Source: Gemmatimonadota bacterium (GTDB lineage: Bacteria; Gemmatimonadota; Gemmatimonadetes; Gemmatimonadales; Gemmatimonadaceae). Taken from it: 64,000 bases of DNA. The notes beneath the pieces are model-generated. The model searched no databases, had not been told where the DNA came from, and saw only the letters and a list, made by a program, of their open reading frames with translations. How positions within the stretch are numbered: position 1 is the first letter of the stretch; each line of letters starts with the position of its first letter. The stretch is from the NCBI GenBank assembly GCA_040389905.1, contig JAZJZK010000014.1, positions 241,070 to 305,069 on the forward strand. The letters are read 5' to 3'. Positions 10,801-19,573 of the stretch are shown here, piece after piece. A program made the translations under genes and the position numbers.

Positions 10801-12086
10801 GTCAGGCGCGCGATCAGTCGGAGATCGAGTGAACCGTTGTTTCGCAGTCGTTCGACCTCGCTTCGCGCCAGTGAGCTCCGACGATCCATGGCAAGTGAGG
10901 CATGCGTACGATCGATCTTCCGCAGCGACTGCAGCAAGCGCGCAATCGACGCAGACGGATCATTCACGTACCGCAGCACCATGCCCACGACTTCCGTGTA
11001 GGAGCGTTGCAGGTCATCGCCCGATCGTTTGTCACGGAATAAGTCCGTAAGGTCATCGATGGCGACGGCGACATGGCTGTGAAGTTCACCCAATGCTGTT
11101 CGTCGTGCCGCAATCACCTCTCGCAGCAGATGCTCGGCGCGATCGTAGGCGCCGACCTGGCGGAGCGCGTTCGCCAGATTTCCCATTGTGACTGCGGTAT
11201 TCGGATGTGCCTCGCCGACAGTACGAATGGCGATGGCGAGGGCGTTCTCGTACAGAGGCACCGAGCGCTCGATATCGCCCGCCTTGTAGTATGCGGTAGC
11301 CAGCCCGTTCAGGGCCCGCGACAGCTGCATTGGATCGTCGCGGTGTCGAGCTACGGTGAGAAGCTCTTCGAAATACGGGGTTGCTCGCCGATGGTCGTCC
11401 TGGGCCGCGTAGAGCTCGGCGAGGAGTCGGAGTGATTCGCGAATCGTGGGGTCGGCCGGAGGAAACAAGCGGCGGCGCATGGCGAGCGCCGCCAACATGT
11501 GTGATTCGGCCGCAACGAAGTCTCCCTCTTCCTGCCGTACGCTCCCGAGGTTCAGCAGAGCGAGTGCGAGCGCGGGTGTATCATCTGCCGAGAGCTGCTG
11601 ACGACGCGTGATCACCTCTTCGATCAGTGCTGCTGCAGCCCCGATGTTGCCGGCGCGGTAGTGCGCCTGTCCAAGGTCGTTCATGAAGACGAGCACGACC
11701 TCGTTGTGCTGCTCGCGCCTTTCCCTCCACAGGGCCAGAGAGCGTTCTCCCGCACCTACCGCTGCGGTGTATTCCTCGCGCGCGCGATGTATGGCGAAGA
11801 GCCTGTCCAACACGTGTCCCGCCGTAACAACATCGTGGCGCGCATCCGCAGTCTGCAGCGCCTCTCTGTAAAGAACGATCGCGGTGTCGATGTCTCCGGC
11901 TACTTCCATCAGTCCTGCGGCGTTGAGCAAGACAGTACGCCTGAGGTCATCATCCAGCGACAAATGCTCGCGGCACTCTGCACAAGCGTGAAAGGCCACG
12001 TCAGCCGCTTCCGCCTTTCGGCCCTGCTGATGGAGGGCGATCGCGATCTGATTTGCCGACGCGATAGCACGATGCAGCTGGTCCAT
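7854..12086 (-). CDS. TPR-repeat protein with C-terminal CHAT (caspase-like) peptidase domain
   Basis: Many kinesin-light-chain-like TPRs (GEAHPNTAVTMGNLA); CHAT dyad motifs ILHLASHGFF and VVLSACETGLG; likely ATG 12086 (ORF extends to 12122). Confidence 0.9.
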   Translation of the reverse strand: MDQLHRAIASANQIAIALHQQGRKAEAADVAFHACAECREHLSLDDDLRRTVLLNAAGLMEVAGDIDTAIVLYREALQTADARHDVVTAGHVLDRLFAIHRAREEYTAAVGAGERSLALWRERREQHNEVVLVFMNDLGQAHYRAGNIGAAAALIEEVITRRQQLSADDTPALALALLNLGSVRQEEGDFVAAESHMLAALAMRRRLFPPADPTIRESLRLLAELYAAQDDHRRATPYFEELLTVARHRDDPMQLSRALNGLATAYYKAGDIERSVPLYENALAIAIRTVGEAHPNTAVTMGNLANALRQVGAYDRAEHLLREVIAARRTALGELHSHVAVAIDDLTDLFRDKRSGDDLQRSYTEVVGMVLRYVNDPSASIARLLQSLRKIDRTHASLAMDRRSSLARSEVERLRNNGSLDLRLIARLTFHLGEYSYAATLFAEVCGREPRGTLEWSQAMTWLAGAVAQGADLVEAERVCDDYIALVHAGWEPPADHFAALLRTKSQVQELAAGARAAVETMREAVAQSARARSKGLSDSLAENQLRLSELLLSAGDRDEAAEISLDLLNEQPSVGVQTVARAQAVLGHVRWNSGHLVEAESLFRAALPPLLAVEPTARTARLLRDFGVFYASQSNAEKATALIRRAVDMAEALLGKRSLLYADVLETLAEITGAFGPVHEAPPMFVEVAGIAEETGTPQLLARALRGTGDIYVRLGASEGARLVLTQALAATARFDATALEIAIVEIDLARVEGRTKKYDVAIELIDRAIARLLGVNGSHALLLKATIAKAWILGGSQRWEEAALAAREVSIILDERFAQPFTITSTSAQDRIADALYQHLDVVVSIAIRLRSPAAIRDACEWTLRWKGATLAWNATRVRALAHSVTVELKALRRDYIDVQRAIVRQSISGPPAPQDSATAMEELRRRAEALDHEIGRHLASESNGEAARATRVSLETVREKLPIGTALVEYLRYEVIDFHRGAPGDRFHRGTLRYAAFIVRPDCEPAIIDIGDADAVDLAISRFRSAITCEADPGGIPAEGPWVDDSVAPKPTPAPMGLDAEDWVAAGNALRQMVFDPFREGIGSCTRLCIAQHGELTRLPFAALPIDDGYLIDRYELILLDTGRDLLKEAGPTIVGDAPLVMADPDFDLELEGVPKGERRRPFTPLSGTREEGVAVAAILGVAPVMGGDAVEARLRSALPPRILHLASHGFFLTDERPPKSANFVDTLTVIEIPGFGNYAAEALDKPRESDVGVDPITRLGQLQDPLLRSGIALAGVNSWASGHSLSSGDDGLLTAAEIALLDFTATDLVVLSACETGLGEVRRGEGIFGLRRAFAIAGASALVMSVWKVPDEQTRDLMIEFYRRVSAGEACAQALSSAQRYVRAITPHPQAWAGFLCIGTTPLDVS

Positions 12087-12447
12087 TGGGAGATGTCCCT
12101 TCGATCTTGTTCGCGAGCGCAAAACCTCAGCGAGCTTCAGTCGCCCCGGAGCGGCGAGACGGACATTCGTCGGTCAGGCAACGCCGGTGTGATGTGCCGC
12201 CAAGTTCTTGATTCCAATCCATTGCTGCAAGGGATTCGCTTCAAGCCGCCACAGCTGACCAGGCATCGCGGTTCTCTTGCCGAACTAGCTCGAGCAAGGA
12301 GGCTCGCAGGGAGAGCCCAGCGAGCCCCGGATGTCATCACCTGCGTTGCTACCGGATCATACTCCCGCACCCTCGTCAAGAGCGGCAAACTGGTCCTCGG
12401 AGCGAGCCAGCCTGAAATGCCACTAGTCGAGCTACAAGCTGTAGCGA

Positions 12448-12832
12448 CTACCAGCCGTTCTTGATTCTACGCGCCAAGCGTTGGAGCCTCCGCGGATCTT
12501 TTGCGCATTCCCAAACCACCAAAACGCGCCACCCAGCAGCTGACAGCCCGCGCTGCTGTCGGAGATCCCTTTCCTTGTTCTTCAGCAGTTTTGCCTGCCA
12601 CCAATCGAAGGAGATGTCGCGTACTTGCAGTCGGGATGACGATGCCAGAAGCAACCATGAACAAACAGCGCCGTTCGAAGGCGGGGGAAGACGAGGTCGG
12701 GCTTCCCTGACAAGTCCCGACGATGAAGACGAAATCGCAGCCCAGCCTTGTGCAAAGCACTGCGGCATAATGTGTGACTTGGAAAGGTCTGATGCCGCGC
12801 TCGAGCGAGGGCGGCTCTCGATGCTCGCTCAA
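12448..12832 (-). pseudogene. vsr: Very-short-patch repair endonuclease, frameshifted with N-terminus lost
   Basis: ALHKAGLRFRLHRRDLSGKPDLVFPR..ALFVHGCFWHRHPDC in one frame; WWQAKLLKNKERD...GWRVLVVWEC in another. Confidence 0.85.
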
Positions 12833-13037
12833 CCTCCAAAACAGGAAGCCACCTTCTTACCGCGCGTGAAGCAGGAACCCTGTCACCAAACAAAAAAGCC
12901 CACCCATCAATCGATGTGCGAGCTGATTCCTTCGAAAACGAGGCCAGGGGATGCTGTGTGGATGCGACACTCAGATCTAACCCGCTGCAACCGAAGCAAA
13001 AGCATCATAACTCATTCCGACACAATTACTTACAAAG

Positions 13038-13110
<73 letters not shown>

Positions 13111-13166
13111 GTCCCTTCAAGCTAGCGCACCGCGAACCGCCAATCAACGAGCCGCGCGGACCAAAC

Positions 13167-16100
13167 TCAAATCGGCGGCCGCTCTCCAATCACCAGCGCG
13201 TGCCCGAGCCCGGCGAAATTCGTCGCGGCGCTTCCGTACTCGCCCGCTTTGGCCGTCACCGGGTTGTCCTTTGTCTCGATCGTGAAGAGCGTGAACTGCC
13301 CCGGCGCGCCGATGTGCGCCGCCGTCGAGTTGCCGCCCCCGAGAAAGCCGAAATAGTCATTTGCGCCGAGTAGCGAGATAAGCGCCTTCACCGACGGGAT
13401 GTTGGCCGGCACGCGCGCGCCTGGATTCGGTACGCCAGCGGACATCATGAGGTCCAGAAGCCGCGCCGGATCCGCGTACTGGAACCCCGCAAACATGCCG
13501 CCTGGTGCCAACTGCGCCTGCATTTGATCACGTGTCAGCTGCAGGCCTACGGTCCAGTTCAACCAGTAGAGCCTCGAGCGGGGGTCGTAGGTCAGCAGCG
13601 AGTCGCCCTCCGTCTTCCAGTCGACCTTCTGCAACGTGGTGCTGCCAACCCTTACAATCGACACCGGCGCGCTCATCTCGCCGAGATTCTTTCCTGACCG
13701 CGCTCGCACCACCAGTTGATAAGTTGCACTCGGAGACAGCCGGTCCGTCGGAAGCTTGGCGGACGTTGCTGACGTAAACGTCGGCGTGGGCTGCACAGGC
13801 AACGGTGTCCCATCTCCACTCCGCAGACTGATCACGTAGCCCTCGGCGCGTGGCACCGGTTGCCACGTCACCGTGAGTGCGCTGCCGAGGTCTACCACCT
13901 TGACACTTGTAGGCGCGGGGAGAAGCATGATGACAAGACGTTCGACCCGGTCGGGCCCGCGAAGCATGCCCGGCGAGGTCTGATTACGTACGATCTCCTC
14001 GGCACTCAGCAAATCGTCCTCGCCGACCGGGGCAGCGTTGGCGGCGGACGACCCCTCCCAGCGAAAGTTCACCAATAAGCACCCAACGACAGCTTGTCCC
14101 TCCGTGAAGGTGTTCTTGAAGCGTGCTCGAGGAACGTCACCAGGCCGCACGTCAGCCGGGTACACCCTGACGGAACTTGCGGCTGACGGCGGTACCACGT
14201 TGCCCTTGTCATCACCAAGGACGAAGAGGTAGTTGGCCGCGGTCGGCGCGACTTCGCATTCGACGACGACCGAGGGCGCGTCATATATCACCGACGTCAC
14301 GCGCGGCTCGGGCGGTATCGTCTTGGTGACGGTAACGGGGGGAAGCACGATCCAGTCGAAGGTCAGGACGCCGGCGATGACAACACGAATGCCCGCCACA
14401 TACGTCGAGCCGACGGGCAGGCGATTCTTGAACCAGACGCGCCGCCCACGCGTATCCAAGATCTCTGCAGGCGCGGCGGCACCAGCTGAATCCAGGAGGC
14501 GATACTCGTGCGACACGCGATCGTCGTGCTTCCAATACAGGTAGAGTCCGTACACATCCTCCTCAAAACGGAGCGGGGCCGGCGAGTACGAGGCGAGTGA
14601 AAGTTTCGCGTCCTTCACGTCAGGACTCCACGCACTCCGTCGTTCGTCGGCAACCGCGCGGACTCGGAAGTGCAGGACATCGTCGAAGCGCCCTTGAACG
14701 CCGGTGAAATACGCGCGTGGATTCCCCCCCTCACCCGCCGACGGCACGACAATCCGAACCGTCGGCGGCGCTGCGAATGGGTGTGGACTTGATTGCAGCT
14801 CGACCTCGTACCGCTGCGCGCCCGGCACGGCAATCCATTCGGCGATGATCGCCGTCTTGTCGACCGTCAGCTTCTCGGGAACCGGCGTCGGAAGGATCGT
14901 TCCGTGCACGAGATCTTCCAACGCCACGACCCGCGCCATCAGTTCCTTCAGCAGCGGAATCTGCGCCTCACCAAGTGGTGGTGAAATCCGGTCCGGTGGA
15001 ATCGGCGGCAGTCGATCCACGCTGAGTGTTCCAACGAGGCTCGCCGCGTTGATCGGGGGCAGCTGCTGCGGGGTGAGCGTGCCGGTGATTCGCGTTGCTG
15101 GCGTATTCGGCACCTGAGCGTCGGTGAGTACGCCGGCCAGCTTCGCCACCGGAATGTTCGGGACGCGATCGATCGCCAGCGTGCCGGTTATTCGCGCCGC
15201 TGGCGTGTCCGGCAATTGCTTCGCGTCGAGAACACCGGTGATTTTCGACGCCGCGATCTCGGTGATCGCAGGAAGCTGCGATGGGTCGAACGCTCCGGTG
15301 ATCTTCGATGCGGGAATCGATGGTAGTTGCTTGACGTCGAGAACGCCGCTGACTTTCGCTGCAGGCAGATCGGGCACCTGCGCAACACCAAGGACACCCG
15401 TGACTTTCGACGCAGGCAGATCCGGCACCTGCGCCACACCTAGAACACCCGTGACCTTCGACGCCGGCAGATCCGGCACCTGCGCCACACCCAATACCCC
15501 GGTGACCTTCGACGCCGGGAGATCCGGAACGAGCCCGGCATCGATTGTCCCAACGAGCAGCGACGTGGGAATGTGCGGCAACTGCGTCGCGTCGATCAGC
15601 CCAATCACCTTCGACGTCGGGATCTCGGGCAATTGGTCGACGCCGAGCACACCGGTGACCTTCGACACAGGAAGATCCGGGATGAGCCCGGCATCGATTG
15701 CCCCAACGAGCAGCGACGCCGGGATGTGCGGCAACTGCGTCGCGTCGAGGAGGCCAATCACCTTCGACGTCGGAATCTCAGGCAACTGGTCGACAGAGAG
15801 AACACCTGTGACCTTCGACACAGGCACATCAGGCAGCTGCGCCAGTCCCAGCACACCGCTAATCCGGCTCGCCGGAAGCTCCCCGGTCAACGTCGCCGCA
15901 TCGATGCTCGGCAGCCGCTCGCGCGCGAGGACGCCGCTACGAAGCAAGCTGGCATCGAGCGATGGCATGAGCGCGGGAGCAAACGTCGCCATGCGCGTGA
16001 CGGTGCTGTCGATGACGACCGTCACCGTGATCTTCGCCGGCGCTTGCCCCACCGCTGGCTCACTCGCCGCAATGACGGAGAACGCCGCCAGCGAAATGAT

Positions 16101-16595
16101 AGCGGGATCGCCCCGTCCCGAATCACTCAAGGTGAGCACAGGCGCCTGCCGCGCCATGCGGTACGCCTGCGCAGGATCCTTCTCGTCGTGGAGATTCTGC
16201 TCGGCGAACGAAATGCCGAGCGTCCATCTGCGCGTGACCCCCACCGTATGCAAGCTCGGGTCCGCGAAATTGATCGGAAACACGTTGTTCGATGCCGCGA
16301 GCGGCGTGTCGGTCGGTGCAGCCGTTTTCGGGCTGACATGGAGCGTGGCGACGTCCGCCAGCATGATGGCGTGGCCGGACGCATCGATGGCGATGCCTGG
16401 CAGCAGACTGACCACGGCCGGTACCGAACTGGCGACCACGGTAAGGCCGGAGATCACGCCTGGCGTGCAGGTCAAGCGCGTCAGCAGTTCGCGGAGCGCA
16501 GCGTGATACTGCTGCTCACGGACGAAATCGCCGACGCCGAGCAGCTGTTGATCGAAATACAGCGGCCGTAGCGGCGCCGTCACGTTGTCGGACAC
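13167..16595 (-). CDS. Putative CIS/phage-type tail-fibre-like protein: baseplate-anchor-like N-terminus, 17-aa shaft repeats, coiled coil, FN3-like domains, C-terminal globular domain
   Basis: RPLYFDQQLLGVGDFVREQQYH...PGVISGLTV...PGIAIDASGHAI N-terminus; LPASKVTGVLGVAQVPD repeats; W..VP.A..Y.....YQLVVRA FN3 patterns; GAGG RBS before GTG. Confidence 0.75.
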   Translation of the reverse strand: MSDNVTAPLRPLYFDQQLLGVGDFVREQQYHAALRELLTRLTCTPGVISGLTVVASSVPAVVSLLPGIAIDASGHAIMLADVATLHVSPKTAAPTDTPLAASNNVFPINFADPSLHTVGVTRRWTLGISFAEQNLHDEKDPAQAYRMARQAPVLTLSDSGRGDPAIISLAAFSVIAASEPAVGQAPAKITVTVVIDSTVTRMATFAPALMPSLDASLLRSGVLARERLPSIDAATLTGELPASRISGVLGLAQLPDVPVSKVTGVLSVDQLPEIPTSKVIGLLDATQLPHIPASLLVGAIDAGLIPDLPVSKVTGVLGVDQLPEIPTSKVIGLIDATQLPHIPTSLLVGTIDAGLVPDLPASKVTGVLGVAQVPDLPASKVTGVLGVAQVPDLPASKVTGVLGVAQVPDLPAAKVSGVLDVKQLPSIPASKITGAFDPSQLPAITEIAASKITGVLDAKQLPDTPAARITGTLAIDRVPNIPVAKLAGVLTDAQVPNTPATRITGTLTPQQLPPINAASLVGTLSVDRLPPIPPDRISPPLGEAQIPLLKELMARVVALEDLVHGTILPTPVPEKLTVDKTAIIAEWIAVPGAQRYEVELQSSPHPFAAPPTVRIVVPSAGEGGNPRAYFTGVQGRFDDVLHFRVRAVADERRSAWSPDVKDAKLSLASYSPAPLRFEEDVYGLYLYWKHDDRVSHEYRLLDSAGAAAPAEILDTRGRRVWFKNRLPVGSTYVAGIRVVIAGVLTFDWIVLPPVTVTKTIPPEPRVTSVIYDAPSVVVECEVAPTAANYLFVLGDDKGNVVPPSAASSVRVYPADVRPGDVPRARFKNTFTEGQAVVGCLLVNFRWEGSSAANAAPVGEDDLLSAEEIVRNQTSPGMLRGPDRVERLVIMLLPAPTSVKVVDLGSALTVTWQPVPRAEGYVISLRSGDGTPLPVQPTPTFTSATSAKLPTDRLSPSATYQLVVRARSGKNLGEMSAPVSIVRVGSTTLQKVDWKTEGDSLLTYDPRSRLYWLNWTVGLQLTRDQMQAQLAPGGMFAGFQYADPARLLDLMMSAGVPNPGARVPANIPSVKALISLLGANDYFGFLGGGNSTAAHIGAPGQFTLFTIETKDNPVTAKAGEYGSAATNFAGLGHALVIGERPPI
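14955..15960 (-). repeat. Coding tandem repeat: ~18 x 51 bp (17 aa), with a 153-bp higher-order duplication and three protein-identical units
   Basis: 15369-15521 = 3 x LPASKVTGVLGVAQVPD with synonymous differences; ~15522-15674 and ~15675-15827 = duplicated three-unit block. Confidence 0.9.
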
Positions 16596-16635
16596 TGACG
16601 ACCTCGTTGTCTAAAGCAAACTGAGAGACGTTCGT

Positions 16636-18867
16636 TCATGTGCTGATCCGCGAATTCACGCCGATCCGGCTCTTTCCCACCGTCATGCGGTGCGGCGTAC
16701 CCGTATGTGCGTACACCCAGTCGCCGGTCAATCCGTTCCTGTTGTAGTCGAGGAACTCGTCTCGCTTCCCCTTGAGATAGTTCGCGAACTGCTGTGCCGT
16801 CCCGTTGTCGATGTTCCCGATCTGATTGATCGCGCTGTTCATCGTCGCCACAGTCTGGTCACCGATGAAGGTGAATCCCTTGAGCACCGGCCGCACGGCG
16901 GCATTGAATTGATAGTCGCCACTGTGCGGAATGTCCGACCACGACATTGCGAGCGGAAAGCGCTGATTCGGCGCGTCGGCGATGATCGTACCGTCCGCTG
17001 CCCCCGGATGTCCGGTGAGCAAACGAAGGTGGCATTGCAGAATACTCTCAGGCGCCAGCCCCTTGTCACCGGCGATGTTCCAATCCACGGACGCAACGAA
17101 ACGGCCGGAGTCATCGAGCCCGGTGTCGAGGGACCGGATGCCGATCTCGCCCTTGATCTTGGCGACGAGTTTGTCGACGCCGGAGACGGCCCCCTCGACC
17201 TTCGCCTGCAGATCCCTGATCTGCCGCTCGGCTGCCTCTCGTTCCTCTCTCTTGCTGTCGCCACCGGTGAAGAAGTCCTTGATGGCGTCCCAGAGCTCCT
17301 CGAAGGCCGACAGCACTCCCTTCACGCCGAGTAGCGCGACACCCATCAGCGCCCCCGCCAACTCCGCCGCCGCGGCAATGGAATCCGCGATGAGCGTTTC
17401 GGCGACCTTCGCGAGCCGCTTCGCCATGTCCTCGAGGCCTTTCTCCAACATCGTGCAGAGAAAGGACGCGGCTGCTGACGCCCCCGCGCGCCTGGACACC
17501 TCGATCGCGATGATCTCGTATGTCGTTCGGTTCCCAAGAATGTCCTCGGCGATGCCGGGGAGGCTGCCGATGATCGAACTCCAAATCTTCTCCGGGAGTT
17601 CGCTGAGGCTCTTCGGCAGGGCGATCTTCGCGTCGAATGGAACCGCTTCACGTACGATGACTCGGCCAGCCATCTCCATCTCGTACTTGATCTGAAGCGG
17701 AACGACCATCACGCCGTCGGCGCGACGCGTTGGCTTGCTATCAGGGTTGAGTGCTGGCTTGAAGGTCGTCACGCTCAGGCCATCGAGCCACCCACGAACG
17801 ATCTCTCGGCACTTGCTTCCACGCAGATTGTTGAGGGCGCGGAGATAGTGGCTGATGAGGTCCAGCCCATTGGTTGGAAGACCGCCAATGGCGATGATCA
17901 CGAGCCCGTTGCTCTTCCCGGACCCACTCGTTCCGGAGTCCGCCGTCCAGCCGAAATCGATGCTGAGTGTGACGTTGCGCGCGGAGCTGCCGCTGCCGTT
18001 GGGAATACTGATCGAACCGAGGTTCGCATCCACATGCCCCACGAAGCGTTCCTGGCCGGTGTTGTAGTCCGCGATGACGTTGAAGGTCGGTTCCGACTCG
18101 AAGAAGCGAACCGCGCTCTTCACCCGAAGGTGCGTATCGCTCTTCTTGCTCGAAATTTCGAGCGATGTCTTCGTCAGCTCGATGAAGTCGAACGCGTTGA
18201 TCGTCGTGGGACTTCGCGTGACCAGGGCGAACTCGTCGCCGTTCGTGAGGAGACTGATGTCGAATTCATATTTCTGAAACAGGATGATCTTCGACTCGAC
18301 GCCATAGCCCGGCACATACGTGACACGGTCGTACGTGAAGACGTAGTCCGCTTTTGCGTCCTTTGGCGCGCGCAGGGCGTAGATGGCTCCCCGCACGAAG
18401 GCGAATTGATCGGTGACGGTTGCAGCCCACGCAGCGCCGGCGCCGAACACGGACGAGAGAAACTGCGTCAGCGTCAGCGGCGGCGACGCCGCCAGCGCGA
18501 CCATCGCGAGCCGAGGCGTGCTGTCGTCGATGACGATGGCGCCCTGCATGGCAAAGTGCGCGAGGCTCGACGATGTAAACCGTGCCTTCGCACGAATGGC
18601 CAGATCGATGGAGCGCTGGCCATTCTTCATGTAGACGCGCCCGTCGAGCCCCAAATCCTCGACGACGACGCCCGTCAGTCCGAGTGGCTCGTGGATCTCC
18701 CGCGTGACCTGATCCGCCGGAAAGAGGTGCGCGTCGTACGGCGGCGCATCCATGGAAAAACGGAACTCGCCGTTGATGACCTGCGTCAGACCATAGAGCT
18801 GGACGCGCTTTGCTCCCACGTCCAGCTCGAAGGTGTACAGCAGGAATAATGACGACGTCGTCGTCAT
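16636..18867 (-). CDS. Hypothetical 743-aa protein: beta-rich N-terminal half, hydrophobic helix and coiled coil in the C-terminal third
   Basis: Long ORF with biased codon use, tightly spaced in the operon; AAAELAGALMGVALLGVKGVLSAF followed by SKREEREAAERQIRDLQAKVEG; no signal peptide. Confidence 0.85.
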   Translation of the reverse strand: MTTTSSLFLLYTFELDVGAKRVQLYGLTQVINGEFRFSMDAPPYDAHLFPADQVTREIHEPLGLTGVVVEDLGLDGRVYMKNGQRSIDLAIRAKARFTSSSLAHFAMQGAIVIDDSTPRLAMVALAASPPLTLTQFLSSVFGAGAAWAATVTDQFAFVRGAIYALRAPKDAKADYVFTYDRVTYVPGYGVESKIILFQKYEFDISLLTNGDEFALVTRSPTTINAFDFIELTKTSLEISSKKSDTHLRVKSAVRFFESEPTFNVIADYNTGQERFVGHVDANLGSISIPNGSGSSARNVTLSIDFGWTADSGTSGSGKSNGLVIIAIGGLPTNGLDLISHYLRALNNLRGSKCREIVRGWLDGLSVTTFKPALNPDSKPTRRADGVMVVPLQIKYEMEMAGRVIVREAVPFDAKIALPKSLSELPEKIWSSIIGSLPGIAEDILGNRTTYEIIAIEVSRRAGASAAASFLCTMLEKGLEDMAKRLAKVAETLIADSIAAAAELAGALMGVALLGVKGVLSAFEELWDAIKDFFTGGDSKREEREAAERQIRDLQAKVEGAVSGVDKLVAKIKGEIGIRSLDTGLDDSGRFVASVDWNIAGDKGLAPESILQCHLRLLTGHPGAADGTIIADAPNQRFPLAMSWSDIPHSGDYQFNAAVRPVLKGFTFIGDQTVATMNSAINQIGNIDNGTAQQFANYLKGKRDEFLDYNRNGLTGDWVYAHTGTPHRMTVGKSRIGVNSRIST

Positions 18868-18903
18868 GTCCGAGGCACGCGCAGGAGCGCGATCCGCGGC
18901 AGC

Positions 18904-19350
18904 TTAGTTCGCGTCGTCCTTGGCCACGTGGATAAAGAGGCCTTTGAACTTCAGGCTGCCGACGAGAGCGACCTCCTCACCCGCCTTCCACGCGCACAGC
19001 AGTCCGAGATCGAACGAGACGGCCTTCCGCTTCGCGATGGGCTTGTCGTCCGCACCGACGCTCGGCGGCACGGTCACCTGGAAGTCGCTGACCGTGAGGC
19101 CGAGGTTCGTAAGCTTGGCGTAGACGCTGTCGAGCGGAGCGGGAAAGGTCGTTGGATCCGGAAGCCCGCCGACGCCGAATTGGGCAGTCAGGAACGTGGC
19201 GAGATCGGCGGCCGTCCCGCAGTAGACGGGCTCGTCGAGCTTGTAATGCGCACCGGTCTTTTTCAGGTCGCCTGCGGCGTCCTTCGGAGTGAGCATGACA
19301 TCTTTTTCGTTGATCTGGATGATGATGCCTGCTTTCAGGGTGGTAGCCAT
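18904..19350 (-). CDS. Hypothetical 148-aa protein, first gene of the operon
   Basis: GAGG RBS before ATG 19350 (MATTLKAG); no signal peptide. Confidence 0.8.
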   Translation of the reverse strand: MATTLKAGIIIQINEKDVMLTPKDAAGDLKKTGAHYKLDEPVYCGTAADLATFLTAQFGVGGLPDPTTFPAPLDSVYAKLTNLGLTVSDFQVTVPPSVGADDKPIAKRKAVSFDLGLLCAWKAGEEVALVGSLKFKGLFIHVAKDDAN

Positions 19351-19573
19351 TCGGACGTCCTCGAAAAGGTGATGGCGAGCTGGAGAATTTCGCTGCCATC
19401 CTATCCCGGACGTCCGCAAATGGCCAGCGATGCGTGACATTGCGCCTAGAATTTCTTAAGCGACTCGGTCCTGTGCGACCTGGCCCTCGTGCAGCGAGGT
19501 CATGCCAAGCGTTGTGGGGAGCCCCGGCTGCGTGTCCTCCTTGAGGATGATGTTTAGCACCCCACCAAACCAT

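Noticed and set aside
7854..12086. TPR-CHAT as Csx29/Craspase of a type III-E CRISPR system
   Set aside because: No Cas7-11, csx30/31 or array in the window
14955..15960. Regularly spaced repeats as a CRISPR array
   Set aside because: They are in-frame 51-bp coding repeats with synonymous variation and no unique spacers; there are no cas genes
15124..16571. Long antisense ORFs here and elsewhere (e.g. 19886..21295, 35023..36288, 39340..40713, 47594..48910, 56831..58144)
   Set aside because: Shadow ORFs opposite well-supported genes in high-GC DNA, with no recognisable motifs
13167..19350. Prophage remnant
   Set aside because: No capsid, terminase, integrase, lysis or other tail genes; the three ORFs are intact rather than decayed
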